A stretch of 64,000 nucleotides of DNA from Eledone cirrhosa (GCA_964016885.1 OZ024741.1:411308001-411372000), one strand, 5' to 3'. Counted from the first letter of the stretch, positions 1 to 13,190 are shown. Notes: a model not told the origin generated them from the letters alone. Numbers and translations: made by a program.

Positions 1-3000
1 TAGAGTTAGTTAGAGGTAGGGTTAGAGTTAGTTAGAGATAGGGTTAGAGTTAGTTAGAGCTAGGGTTAGAGTTAGTTAGAGGTAGGGTTAGAGTTAGTTA
101 GAGCTAGGGTTAGAGTTAGTTAGAGGTAGGGTTAGAGTTAGTTAGAGATAGGGTTAGAGTTAGTTAGGGCTAGGGTTAGAGTTAGTTAGGGCTAGGGTTA
201 GAGTTAGTTAGAGGTAGGGTTAGAGTTAGTTAGAGGTAGGGTTAGAGTTAGTTAGGGCTAGGGTTAGAGTTAGTTAGAGCTAGGGTTAGAGTTAGTTAGA
301 GGTAGGGTTAGAGTTAGTTAGAGATAGGGTTAGAGTTAGTTAGGGCTAGGGTTAGAGTTAGTTAGAGATAGGGTTAGAGTTAGTTAGAGCTAGGGTTAGA
401 GTTAGTTAGAGATAGGGTTAGAGTTAGTTAGGGCTAGGGTTAGAGTTAGTTAGAGATAGGGTTAGAGTTAGTTAGAGATAGGGTTAGAGTTAGTTAGAGC
501 TAGGGTTAGAGTTAGTTAGAGGTAGGGTTAGAGTTAGTTAGAGCTAGGGTTAGAGTTAGTTAGAGGTAGGGTTAGAGTTAGTTAGAGATAGGGTTAGAGT
601 TAGTTAGGGCTAGGGTTAGAGTTAGTTAGAGATAGGGTTAGAGTTAGTTAGAGATAGGGTTAGAGTTAGTTAGGGCTAGGGTTATAGTTAGTTAGGGCTA
701 GGGTTAGAGTTAGTTAGAGGTAGGGTTAGAGTTAGTTAGAGGTAGGGTTAGAGTTAGTTAGAGGTAGGGTTAGAGTTAGTTAGAGGTAGGGTTAGAGTTA
801 GTTAGAGGTAGGGTTAGAGTTAGTTAGAGGTAGGGTTAGAGTTAGTTAGAGGTAGGGTTAGAGTTAGTTAGGGCTAAGGTTAGAGTTAGTTAGAGCTAGG
901 GTTAGAGTTAGTTAGAGCTAGGGTTAGAGTTAGTTAGAGGTAGGGTTAGAGTTAGTTAGAGATAGGGTTAGAGTTAGTTAGGGCTAAGGTTAGAGTTAGT
1001 TAGAGGTAGGGTTAGAGTTAGTTAGAGGTAGGGTTAGAGTTAGTTAGGGCTAAGGTTAGAGTTAGTTAGAGGTAGGGTTAGAGTTAGTTAGAGATAGGGT
1101 TAGAGTTAGTTAGGGCTAAGGTTAGAGTTAGTTAGAGGTAGGGTTAGAGTTAGTTAGAGGTAGGGTTAGAGTTAGTTAGAGATAGGGTTAGAGTTAGTTA
1201 GGGCTAAGGTTAGAGTTAGTTAGAGGTAGGGTTAGAGTTAGTTAGAGCTAGGGTTAGAGTTAGTTAGAGGTAGGGTTAGAGTTAGTTAGGGCTAAGGTTA
1301 GAGTTAGTTAGAGGTAGGGTTAGAGTTAGTTAGAGGTAGGGTTAGAGTTAGTTAGGGCTAGGGTTAGAGTTAGTTAGAGGTAGGGTTAGAGTTAGTTAGA
1401 GCTAGGGTTAGAGTTAGTTAGAGATAGGGTTAGAGTGAGTTAGAGATAGGGTTAGAGTTAGTTAGAGGTAGGGTTAGAGTTAGTTAGAGATAGGGTTAGA
1501 GTTAGTTAGAGCTAGGGTTAGAGTTAGTTAGAGCTAGGGTTAGAGTTAGTTAGAGCTAGGGTTAGAGTTAGTTAGAGCTAGGGTTAGAGTTAGTTAGAGG
1601 TAGGGTTAGAGTTAGTTAGAGATAGGGTTAGAGTTAGTTAGAGATAGGGTTAGAGTTAGTTAGGGCTAGGGTTAGAGTTAGTTAGAGGTAGGGTTAGAGT
1701 TAGTTAGGGCTAGGGTTAGAGTTAGTTAGAGGTAGGGTTAGAGTTAGTTAGGGCTAGGGTTAGAGTTAGTTAGAGATAGGGTTAGAGTTAGTTAGAGCTA
1801 GGGTTAGAGTTAGTTAGAGCTAGGGTTAGAGTTAGTTAGAGGTAGGGTTAGAGTTAGTTAGAGGTAGGGTTAGAGTTAGTTAGGGCTAGGGTTAGAGTTA
1901 GTTAGGGCTAGGGTTAGAGTTAGTTAGAGGTAGGGTTAGAGTTAGTTAGAGATAGGGTTAGAGTTAGTTAGAGGTAGGGTTAGAGTTAGTTAGAGATAGG
2001 GTTAGAGTTAGTTAGGGCTAGGGTTAGAGTTAGTTAGAGGTAGGGTTAGAGTTAGTTAGGGCTAGGGTTAGAGTTAGTTAGAGATAGGGTTAGAGTTAGT
2101 TAGAGCTAGGGTTAGAGTTAGTTAGAGATAGGGTTATAGTTAGTTAGGGCTAGGGTTAGAGTTAGTTAGAGGTAGGGTTAGAGTTAGTTAGAGGTAGGGT
2201 TAGAGTTAGTTAGAGCTAGGGTTAGAGTTAGTTAGAGATAGGGTTAGAGTTAGTTAGGGCTAAGGTTAGAGTTAGTTAGAGCTAGGGTTAGAGTTAGTTA
2301 GAGATAGGGTTAGAGTTAGTTAGAGATAGGGTTAGAGTTAGTTAGAGCTAGGGTTAGAGTTAGTTAGAGATAGGGTTAGAGTTAGTTAGAGATAGGGTTA
2401 GAGTTAGTTAGAGATAGGGTTAGAGTTAGTTAGAGATAGGGTTAGAGTTAGTTAGAGCTAGGGTTAGAGTTAGTTAGAGATAGGGTTAGAGTTAGTTAGA
2501 GATAGGGTTAGAGTTAGTTAGAGCTAGGGTTAGAGTTAGTTAGAGATAGGGTTAGAGTTAGTTAGAGCTAGGGTTAGAGTTAGTTAGAGATAGGGTTAGA
2601 GTTAGTTAGAGATAGGGTTAGAGTTAGTTAGAGATAGGGTTAGAGTTAGTTAGAGATAGGGTTAGAGTTAGTTAGAGATAGGGTTAGAGTTAGTTAGAGA
2701 TAGGGTTAGAGTTAGTTAGAGATAGGGTTAGAGTTAGTTAGAGCTAGGGTTAGAGTTAGTTAGAGATAGGGTTAGAGTTAGTTAGAGCTAGGGTTAGAGT
2801 TAGTTAGAGATAGGGTTAGAGTTAGTTAGAGATAGGGTTAGAGTTAGTTAGGGCTAAGGTTAGAGTTAGTTAGAGCTAGGGTTAGAGTTAGTTAGAGATA
2901 GGGTTAGAGTTAGTTAGAGGTAGGGTTAGAGTTAGTTAGAGATAGGGTTAGAGTTAGTTAGAGATAGGGTTAGAGTTAGTTAGAGATAGGGTTAGAGTTA

Positions 3001-6000
3001 GTTAGAGATAGGGTTAGAGTTAGTTAGAGATAGGGTTAGAGTTAGTTAGAGATAGGGTTAGAGTGAGTTAGAGATAGGGTTAGAGTTAGTTAGGGCTAGG
3101 GTTAGAGTTAGTTAGAGATAGGGTTAGAGTTAGTTAGAGGTAGGGTTAGAGTTAGTTAGAGATAGGGTTAGAGTTAGTTAGGGCTAGGGTTAGAGTTAGT
3201 TAGAGATAGGGTTAGAGTTAGTTAGAGGTAGGGTTAGAGTTAGTTAGAGGTAGGGTTAGAGTTAGTTAGGGCTAAGGTTAGAGTTAGTTAGAGCTAGGGT
3301 TAGAGTTAGTTAGAGATAGGGTTAGAGTTAGTTAGAGGTAGGGTTAGAGTTAGTTAGAGATAGGGTTAGAGTTAGTTAGGGCTAGGGTTAGAGTTAGTTA
3401 GAGATAGGGTTAGAGTTAGTTAGAGGTAGGGTTAGAGTTAGTTAGAGCTAGGGTTAGAGTTAGTTAGGGCTAGGGTTAGAGTTAGTTAGAGATAGGGTTA
3501 GAGTTAGTTAGAGGTAGGGTTAGAGTTAGTTAGGGCTAAGGTTAGAGTTAGTTAGAGGTAGGGTTAGAGTTAGTTAGAGGTAGGGTTAGAGTTAGTTAGG
3601 GCTAAGGTTAGAGTTAGTTAGAGATAGGGTTAGAGTTAGTTAGGGCTAGGGTTAGAGTTAGTTAGAGATAGGGTTAGAGTTAGTTAGGGCTAGGGTTAGA
3701 GTTAGTTAGAGATAGGGTTAGAGTTAGTTAGAGGTAGGGTTAGAGTTAGTTAGAGATAGGGTTAGAGTTAGTTAGGGCTAGGGTTAGAGTTAGTTAGAGA
3801 TAGGGTTAGAGTTAGTTAGGGCTAGGGTTAGAGTTAGTTAGAGATAGGGTTAGAGTTAGTTAGAGGTAGGGTTAGAGTTAGTTAGGGCTAAGGTTAGAGT
3901 TAGTTAGAGGTAGGGTTAGAGTTAGTTAGAGCTAGGGTTAGAGTTAGTTAGAGATAGGGTTAGAGTTAGTTAGAGGTAGGGTTAGAGTTAGTTAGAGATA
4001 GGGTTAGAGTTAGTTAGAGGTAGGGTTAGAGTTAGTTAGGGCTAAGGTTAGAGTTAGTTAGAGGTAGGGTTAGAGTTAGTTAGAGGTAGGGTTAGAGTTA
4101 GTTAGGGCTAAGGTTAGAGTTAGTTAGAGATAGGGTTAGAGTTAGTTAGGGCTAGGGTTAGAGTTAGTTAGAGATAGGGTTAGAGTTAGTTAGGGCTAGG
4201 GTTAGAGTTAGTTAGAGATAGGGTTAGAGTTAGTTAGAGGTAGGGTTAGAGTTAGTTAGGGCTAAGGTTAGAGTTAGTTAGAGATAGGGTTAGAGTTAGT
4301 TAGAGCTAGGGTTAGAGTTAGTTAGAGGTAGGGTTAGAGTTAGTTAGAGGTAGGGTTAGAGTTAGTTAGGGCTAAGGTTAGAGTTAGTTAGAGATAGGGT
4401 TAGAGTTAGTTAGGGCTAGGGTTAGAGTTAGTTAGAGATAGGGTTAGAGTTAGTTAGGGCTAGGGTTAGAGTTAGTTAGAGATAGGGTTAGAGTTAGTTA
4501 GGGCTAAGGTTAGAGTTAGTTAGAGCTAGGGTTAGAGTTAGTTAGAGGTAGGGTTAGAGTTAGTTAGGGCTAAGGTTAGAGTTAGTTAGAGGTAGGGTTA
4601 GAGTTAGTTAGAGGTAGGGTTAGAGTTAGTTAGAGATAGGGTTAGAGTTAGTTAGGGCTAAGGTTAGAGTTAGTTAGAGATAGGGTTAGAGTTAGTTAGG
4701 GCTAGGGTTAGAGTTAGTTAGAGATAGGGTTAGAGTTAGTTAGGGCTAGGGTTAGAGTTAGTTAGAGATAGGGTTAGAGTTAGTTAGAGGTAGGGTTAGA
4801 GTTAGTTAGGGCTAAGGTTAGAGTTAGTTAGAGCTAGGGTTAGAGTTAGTTAGAGGTAGGGTTAGAGTTAGTTAGAGGTAGGGTTAGAGTTAGTTAGGGC
4901 TAGGGTTAGAGTTAGTTAGAGGTAGGGTTATAGTTAGTTAGAGATAGGGTTAGAGTTAGTTAGAGATAGGGTTAGAGTTAGTTAGAGCTAGGGTTAGAGT
5001 TAGTTAGAGGTAGGGTTAGAGTTAGTTAGAGCTAGGGTTAGAGTTAGTTAGAGATAGGGTTAGAGTTAGTTAGGGCTAGGGTTAGAGTTAGTTAGAGATA
5101 GGGTTAGAGTTAGTTAGGGCTAGGGTTAGAGTTAGTTAGAGATAGGGTTAGAGTTAGTTAGAGGTAGGGTTAGAGTTAGTTAGGGCTAAGGTTAGAGTTA
5201 GTTAGAGCTAGGGTTAGAGTTAGTTAGAGGTAGGGTTAGAGTTAGTTAGAGGTAGGGTTAGAGTTAGTTAGAGCTAGGGTTAGAGTTAGTTAGAGGTAGG
5301 GTTAGAGTTAGTTAGGGCTAGGGTTAGAGTTAGTTAGAGCTAGGGTTAGAGTTAGTTAGAGATAGGGTTAGAGTTAGTTAGAGATAGGGTTAGAGTTAGT
5401 TAGAGCTAGGGTTAGAGTTAGTTAGAGGTAGGGTTAGAGTTAGTTAGGGCTAAGGTTAGAGTTAGTTAGAGCTAGGGTTAGAGTTAGTTAGAGGTAGGGT
5501 TAGAGTTAGTTAGAGGTAGGGTTAGAGTTAGTTAGGGCTAGGGTTAGAGTTAGTTAGGGCTAGGGTTAGTGTTAGTTAGGGCTAGGGTTAGAGTGAGTTA
5601 GGGCTAGGGTTAGAGTTAGTTAGAGCTAGCGTTAGAGTTAGTTAGAGCTAGGGTTAGAGTTAGTTAGAGCTAGGGTTAGAGTTAGTTAGAGCTGGGGTTA
5701 GAGCTAAGGTTAGAGTTAGTTAGAGATAGGGTTAGAGTGAGTTAGGGCTAGGGTTAGAGTTAGTTAGAGCTGGGGTTAGAGCTAAGGTTAGAGTTAGTTA
5801 GAGCTAGGGTTAGAGTTAGTTAGAGATAGGGTTAGAGTTAGTTAGAGCTAGGGTTAGAGTTAGTTAGAGCTGGGGTTAGAGTTAGTTAGAGATAGGGTTA
5901 GAGTTAGTTAGAGATAGGGTTAGAGTTAGTTAGAGATAGGGTTAGAGTGAGTTAGAGATAGGGTTAGAGTTAGTTAGGGCTAGGGTTAGAGTTAGTTAGG

Positions 6001-9000
6001 GCTAGGGTTAGAGTTAGTTAGGGCTAGGGTTAGAGTTAGTTAGGGCTAGGGTTAGAGTTAGTTAGAACTAGGGTTAGAGTTAGTTAGGGCTAGGGTTAGA
6101 GTTAGTTAGGGCTAGGGTTAGAGTTAGTTAGGGCTAGGGTTAGAGTTAGTTAGAACTAGGGTTAGAGTTAGTTAGGGCTAGGGTTAGAGTTAGTTAGAGC
6201 TAGGGTTAGAGTTAGTTAGAGCTAGGGTTAGAGTTAGTTAGAGGTAGGGTTAGAGTGAGTTAGAGATAGGGTTAGAGTTAGTTAGGGCTAGGGTTAGAGT
6301 TAGTTAGAGCTAGGGTTAGAGTTAGTTAGGGCTAGGGTTAGAGTTAGTTAGAGATAGGGTTAGAGTTAGTTAGAGCTAGGGTTAGAGTTAGTTAGAGGTA
6401 GGGTTAGAGTGAGTTAGAGCTAGGGTTAGAGTTAGTTAGGGCTAGGGTTAGAGTTAGTTAGAGATAGGGTTAGAGTTAGTTAGAGATAGGGTTAGAGTTA
6501 GTTAGAGATAGGGTTAGAGTTAGTTAGGGCTAGGGTTAGAGTTAGTTAGAGATAGGGTTAGAGTTAGTTAGAGCTAGGGTTAGAGTTAGTTAGAGCTAGG
6601 GTTAGAGTTAGTTAGAGCTAGGGTTAGAGTTAGTTAGAGCTAGGGTTAGAGTTAGTTAGAGCTAGGGTTAGAGTTAGTTAGAGCTAGGGTTAGAGTTAGT
6701 TAGAGCTAGGGTTAGAGTTAGTTAGAGGTAGGGTTAGAGTGAGTTAGAGCTAGGGTTAGAGTTAGTTAGGGCTAGGGTTAGAGTTAGTTAGAGATAGGGT
6801 TAGAGTTAGTTAGAGGTAGGGTTAGAGTGAGTTAGAGCTAGGGTTAGAGTTAGTTAGGGCTAGGGTTAGAGTTAGTTAGAGATAGGGTTAGAGTTAGTTA
6901 GAGCTAGGGTTAGAGTTAGTTAGAGCTAGGGTTAGAGTTAGTTAGAGCTAGGGTTAGAGTTAGTTAGAGCTAGGGTTAGAGTTAGTTAGAGCTAGGGTTA
7001 GAGTTAGTTAGAGCTAGGGTTAGAGTTAGTTAGAGGTAGGGTTAGAGTGAGTTAGAGCTAGGGTTAGAGTTAGTTAGGGCTAGGGTTAGAGTTAGTTAGA
7101 GATAGGGTTAGAGTTAGTTAGAGATAGGGTTAGAGTTAGTTAGAGATAGGGTTAGAGTTAGTTAGGGCTAGGGTTAGAGTTAGTTAGAGCTAGGGTTAGA
7201 GTTAGTTAGGGCTAGGGTTAGAGTTAGTTAGAGCTAAGGTTAGAGTTAGTTAGAACTAGGGTTAGAGTTAGTTAGGGCTAGGGTTAGAGTTAGTTAGAGC
7301 TAGGGTTAGAGTTAGTTAGAGCTAAGGTTAGAGTTAGTTAGAACTAGGGTTAGAGTTAGTTAGGGCTAAGGTTAAAGTGAGTTAGAGATAGGGTTAGAGT
7401 TAGTTAGGGCTAGGGTTAAAGTGAGTTAGAGCTAGGGTTAGAGTTAGTTAGGGCTAGGGTTAAAGTGAGTTAGAGCTAGGGTTAGAGTTAGTTAGAGCTA
7501 GGGTTAGAGTTAGTTAGAGGTAGGGTTAGAGTGAGTTAGAGATAGGGTTAGAGTTAGTTAGAGCTAGGGTTAGAGTTAGTTAGAGCTAGGGTTAGAGTTA
7601 GTTAGAGCTAGGGTTAGAGTGAGTTAGAGCTAGGGTTAGAGTTAGTTAGGGCTAAGGTTAGAGTTAGTTAGAGCTAGGGTTAGAGTTAGTTAGAGATAGG
7701 GTTAGAGTTAGTTAGAGCTAGGGTTAGAGTTAGTTAGAGCTAGGGTTAGAGTTAGTTAGGGCTAGGGTTAGAGTTAGTTAGGGCTAGGGTTAGAGTTAGT
7801 TAGAACTAGGGTTAGAGTTAGTTAGGGCTAGGGTTAGAGTTAGTTAGAGCTAGGGTTAGAGTTAGTTAGGGCTAAGGTTAGAGTTAGTTAGGGCTAGGGT
7901 TAGAGTTAGTTAGGGCTAAGGTTAGAGTTAGTTAGGGCTAAGGTTAGAGTTAGTTAGGGCTAAGGTTAGAGTTAGTTAGAGCTAGGGTTAGAGTTATTTA
8001 GGGCTAGGGTTAGAGTTAGTTAGAGATAGGGTTAGAGGTTAGTTAGAGCTAGGGTTAGAGTTAGTTAGAGATAGGGTTAGAGTTAGTTAGAGCTAGGGTT
8101 AGAGTTAATTAGAGTTAGTTAGAGCTAGGGTTAGAGTTAGTTAGAGATAGGGTTAGAGTTAGTTAGAGATAGGGTTAGAGTGAGTTAGAGCTAGGGTTAG
8201 AGTTAGTTAGAGATAGGGTTAGAGTTAGTTAGAGATAGGGTTAGTGTTAGTTAGGGCTAGGGTTAGAGTTAGTTAGAGCTAGTGTTAGAGTTAGTTAGAG
8301 ATAGGGTTAGAGTTAGTTAGAGCTAGGGTTAGAGTTAGTTAGGGCTAATGTTAGAGTTAGTTAGGGCTAGGGTTAGAGTTAGTTAGAGCTAGGGTTAGAG
8401 TTAGTTAGAGATAGGGTTATAGTTAGTTAGAGATAGGGTTATAGTTATTTAGAGATAGGGTTATAGTTAGTTAGAGATAGGGTTAGAGTTAGTTAGGGCT
8501 AGGGTTAAAGTGAGTTAGAGCTAGGGTTAGAGTTAGTTAGAGCTAGGGTTAGAGTTAGTTAGGGCTAGGGTTAGTGTTAGTTAGAGCTAGGGTTAGAGTT
8601 AGTTAGAGCTAGGGTTAGAGTTAGTTAGAGCTAGGGTTAGAGTTAGTTAGGGCTAGGGTTAGAGTTAGTTAGAGCTAGGGTTAGAGTTAGTTAGAGCTAG
8701 GGTTAGAGTGAGTTAGAGCTAGGGTTAGAGTTACTTAGGGCTAGGGTTAGAGTTAGTTAGAGCTAGGGTTAGAGTTAATTAGAGTTAGTTAGAGCTAGGT
8801 TTAGAGTTAGTTAGAGCTAGGGTTAGAGTTAGTTAGAGCTAGGGTTAGAGTTAGTTAGAAGTAGGGTTAGAGTTAGTTAGAGCTAGGGTTAGAGTTAGTT
8901 AGAGCTAGGGTTAGAGTTAGTTAGAGGTAGGGTTAGAGTTAGTTAGAGCTAGGGTTAGAGTTAGTTAGAGCTAGGGTTAGAGTTAGTTAGAGCTAGGGTT

Positions 9001-11790
9001 AGAGTTAGTTAGGGCTAGGGTTAGAGTTAGTTAGAGCTAGGGTTAGAGTTAGTTAGAGCTAGGGTTAGAGTGAGTTAGAGATAGGGTTAGAGTTAGTTAG
9101 AGCTAGGGTTATAGTTAGTTAGTGCTAGGGTTAGTGTTAGTTAGGGCTAGGGTTAGAGTTAGTTAGAGATAGGGTTATAGTTAGTTAGAGATAGGGTTAG
9201 AGTTAGTTAGGGCTAGGGTTAGAGTTAGTTAGAGATAGGGTTAGAGTTAGTTAGAGCTAGGGTTAGAGTTAGTTAGAGATAGGGTTAGAGTTAGTTAGAG
9301 CTATGGTTAGAGTTAGTTAGAGATAGGGTTAGAGTTAGTTAGAGATAGGGTTAGAGTTAGTTAGAGATAGGGTTATAGTTAGTTAGAGATAGGGTTAGAG
9401 TTAGTTAGAGATAGGGTTAGAGTTAGTTAGAGATAGGGTTATAGTTAGTTAGAGATAGGGTTAGAGTTAGTTAGGGCTTGGGTTAGAGTTAGTTAGAGAT
9501 AGGGTTAGAGTTAGTTAGAGATAGGGTTAGTGTTAGTTAGAGCTAAGGTTAAAGTGAGTTAGGGCTAGGGTTATAGTTAGCTAGAGTTAGGCTTAGAGTT
9601 AGTTAGGGCTAGGGTTAGAGTTAGTTAGGGCTAGGGTTAGAGTTAGTTAGAGATAGGGTTAGAGTTAGTTAGGGCTAGGGTTAGAGTTAGTTAGAGATAG
9701 GGTTAGAGTTAGTTAGGGCTAGGGTTAGAGTTAGTTAGAGATAGGGTTATAGTTAGTTAGAGATAGGGTTAGAGTGAGTTAGAGCTAGGGTTAGAGTTAG
9801 TTAGGGCTAGGGTTAGAGTTAGTTAGAGCTAGGGTTAGAGTTAGTTAGGGCTTGGGTTAGAGTTAGTTAGAGATAAGGTTAGAGTTAGTTAGAGATAGGG
9901 TTAGAGTTAGTTAGGGCTAGGGTTAGAGTTAGTTAGAGATAGGGTTAGAGTTAGTTAGGGCTAGGGTTAGAGTTAGTTAGAGATAGGGTTAGAGTTAGTT
10001 AGAGGTAGGGTTAGAGTTAGTTAGAGCTAGGGTTAGAGTTAGTTAGAGATAGGGTTAGAGTTAGTTAGGGCTTGGGTTAGAGTTAGTTAGAGATAGGGTT
10101 AGAGTTAGTTAGAGATAGGGTTAGTGTTAGTTAGAGCTAGGGTTAGAGTTAGTTAGAGATAGGGTTAGAGTTAGTTAGGGCTAGGGTTAGTGTTAGTTAG
10201 AGCTAGGGTTAGAGTTAGTTAGGGCTTGGGTTAGAGTTAGTTAGAGATAGGGTTAGAGTTAGTTAGAGATAGGGTTAGAGTTAGTTAGAGATAGGGTTAG
10301 AGTTAGTTAGGGCTAGGGTTAGAGTTAGTTAGAGATAGGGTTAGAGTTAGTTAGGGCTAGGGTTAGAGTTAGTTAGAGATAGGGTTAGAGTTAGTTAGGG
10401 CTTGGGTTAGAGTTAGTTAGAGATAGGGTTAGAGTTAGTTAGAGATAGGGTTAGAGTTAGTTAGGGCTAGGGTTAGAGTTAGTTAGAGCTAGGGTTAGAG
10501 TTAGTTAGGGCTTGGGTTAGAGTTAGTTAGAGATAGGGTTAGAGTTAGTTAGGGCTTGGGTTAGGGTTAGTTAGAGATAGGGTTAGAGTTAGTTAGGGCT
10601 TGGGTTAGAGTTAGTTAGAGATAGGGTTAGAGTTAGTTAGGGCTTGGGTTAGAGTTAGTTAGGGCTAGGGTTAGAGTTAGTTAGAGCTAGGGTTAGAGTT
10701 AGTTAGGTCTTGGGTTAGAGTTAGTTAGAGATAGGGTTAGAGTTAGTTAGGGCTTGGGTTAGAGTTAGTTAGAGATAGGGTTAGAGTTAGTTAGGGCTAG
10801 GGTTAGAGTTAGTTAGAGATAGGGTTAGAGTTAGTTAGAGATAGGGTTAGAGTTAGTTAGGGCTTGGGTTAGAGTTAGTTAGAGATAGGGTTAGAGTTAG
10901 TTAGAGATAGGGTTAGAGTTAGTTAGGGCTTGGGTTAGAGTTAGTTAGAGATAGGGTTAGAGTTAGTTAGGGCTTGGGTTAGAGTTAGTTAGAGATAGGG
11001 TTAGAGTTAGTTAGAGATAGGGTTAGAGTTAGTTAGAGATAGGGTTAGAGTTAGTTAGAGATAGGGTTAGAGTTAGTTAGGGCTTGGGTTAGAGTTAGTT
11101 AGAGATAGGGTTAGAGTTAGTTAGAGATAGGGTTAGAGTTAGTTAGGGCTTGGGTTAGAGTTAGTTAGAGATAGGGTTAGAGTTAGTTAGAGATAGGGTT
11201 AGAGTTAGTTAGGGCTTGGGTTAGAGTTAGTTAGAGATAGGGTTAGAGTTAGTTAGAGATAGGGTTAGAGTTAGTTAGGGCTAGGGTTAGAGTTAGTTAG
11301 AGATAGGGTTAGAGTTAGTTAGGGCTTGGGTTAGAGTTAGTTAGAGATAGGGTTAGAGTTAGTTAGAGATAGGGTTAGAGTTAGTTAGGGCTAGGGTTAG
11401 AGTTAGTTAGAGATAGGGTTAGAGTTAGTTAGGGCTAGGGTTAGAGTTAGTTAGAGCTAGGGTTAGAGTTAGTTAGGGCTTGGGTTAGAGTTAGTTAGAG
11501 ATAGGGTTAGAGTTAGTTAGAGCTAGGGTTAGAGTTAGTTAGAGATAGGGTTAGAGTTAGTTAGGGCTAGGGTTAGAGTTAGTTAGAGATAGGGTTATAG
11601 TTAGTTAGAGATAGGGTTAGAGTTAGTTAGGGCTTGGGTTAGAGTTAGTTAGAGATAGGGTTAGAGTTAGTTAGAGATAGGGTTAGTGTTAGTTAGAGCT
11701 AGGGTTAGAGTTAGTTAGGGCTAGGGTTAGAGTTAGTTAGAGGTAGGGTTATAGTTAGTTAGAGATAGGGTTAGAGTTAGTTAGAGCTAG
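1..11790 (+). repeat. 22-bp telomere-like satellite (TTAGAG-TTAG-TTAGAG-NTAGGG)n, about 535 units, continues past the window start
   Basis: Direct 22-bp periodicity; the unit is built from TTAGGG variants; no ORFs in the track; decays into GGGTTAG/AAGGTTAAG-like sequence at 11790-11850. Confidence 0.98.
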
Positions 11791-12094
11791 GGGTAGGGTT
11801 CGAGTGAGGGTTAGTTAGCGTTAGAGTTAGAGTAAAGGTTAAGGTTAAGAAAACACTGAGTGCTACCCCACCCACGTGTAACTATAAATGACTCTTACTG
11901 GCAGGGAAAACGAACATTAAATGATGATGATGATGATAATGCCACACACACACATACACACATACACACACATGAAAGAGAGACCCCCTAAACCTAAACC
12001 TAACCTTCATCAGACCTATTTTATTATTAAAAAACATTTAATTATTAAAACCATCCATTTATTGCAATGTTGGTTTAACTTTTCCATGACTGTC

Positions 12095-12545
12095 AACTGG
12101 TATAGGGTCCCATAACAACTGGTGTAGGGTCTAGTAACAACTGGTGTAGGGTCCTGTAACAACTGGTGTAGGGTCCAGTAACAATTGGTGTAGGGTCTCT
12201 TAACAACTGGTGTAGGGTCCTGTAACAACTGGTGTAGGGTCCAGTAACAACTGGTGTAGGGTCCTGTAACAACTGGTGTAGGCTCCTGTAACAATTGGTG
12301 TAAGGTCCTGTAACAACTGGTGTAGGGTCCTGTAACAACTGGTGTAGGGTCTGTAACAATTGGTGTAAGGTCCTGTAACAATTGGTGTAGGGTCCTGTAA
12401 CAATTGTAGGGTCCCTTAACAACTGGTGTAGGGTCCTGTAACAACTGGTGTAGGGTCCTGTAACAATTGGTGTAAGGTTCAGAAACAACTGGTATAGGGT
12501 CCTGTAACAACTGGTGTAGGATCCCTTAACAACTGGCGTAGGGTG
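12095..12545. repeat. 22-bp minisatellite (AACTGGTGTAGGGTCCTGTAAC)n, about 20 copies
   Basis: Direct periodicity; accounts for the repetitive minus-strand ORFs at 12016-12578. Confidence 0.97.
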
Positions 12546-12795
12546 CCGGAACTTCTGAGGAAGTCGTAGGGGCGCCATATTGACAGACAGTGTTTCTGGG
12601 ACATTTTAAAACCTGGTGGAGCCCATCTCCTCTCCATGTCTGAATGCAGCAGATTTCTTCCAGAGAAGGTAAGGGAAAGTGTGAGAAAGAGATATGGTGG
12701 AAGAATTGACCCCAGTACATGACTGGTAATTTTTTATCAATCCCCAATGGATGAAAGGCAAAGTTGACCTCAGTTGACCTCAGTGGCAAATGAAA
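12540..12795 (-). mobile_element. SINE, 5'-truncated, with Meta-like central domain
   Basis: Minus strand reads GAGGTCAACTTTGCCTTTCATCCATTGGGGATTGATAAAAAATTACCAG...ACTGGGGTC, resembling the MetaSINE domain; 3' part is homologous to 13075-13180. Confidence 0.7.
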
Positions 12796-12879
12796 TATAT
12801 TCCATTTCAATTAATTCATAAATAATTTTGAGGAATTTACTAAAATTGTAAATTATTTAATAACTCAGTAATTTAACAG

Positions 12880-13190
12880 GAATTGGCAGAATTGCTAGAA
12901 TGTCTGATAGAATGATTTATGGTATTCCTTCCTGCTCTCTCTTCTCTTAGTTCAAATCCTGCTGAAGTCAATTTTTCCTTTCATCTATTTGAGGTCAATA
13001 AAAAAAGTACCAGTTTAGTACTGAGGACGATTCCTCTTCTATATCTCTTTCTCAGTTTCTCTCTCTCATTCTCAATCATTCTCTGGATTGGGATGGTCTC
13101 TGCAAGGTTTAAAACTGCCCAAGAAATGCCACATGTCAACACAGCACCCCTATGACTCCATCAGGAGTTACGAACCATACCATACCATAC
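12880..13190 (+). mobile_element. SINE with Meta-like domain, inverted relative to the 12540-12795 copy
   Basis: B-box-like AGTTCAAATCC at about 12949, then GTCAATTTTTCCTTTCATCT...GAGGTCAATAAAAAAAGTACCAG; ends in a (CATAC)n tail. Confidence 0.7.

Noticed and set aside
1-11790. True telomere or CRISPR-like array
   Set aside because: Wrong strand orientation for a left chromosome end, non-canonical unit, and no spacers
12115-12130. Resemblance of TGGTGTA to budding-yeast telomeric cores
   Set aside because: A 7-bp match in an animal context; most likely coincidence
12016-12578. Cys/Thr/Pro-rich minus-strand ORFs
   Set aside because: Translations of the 22-bp minisatellite
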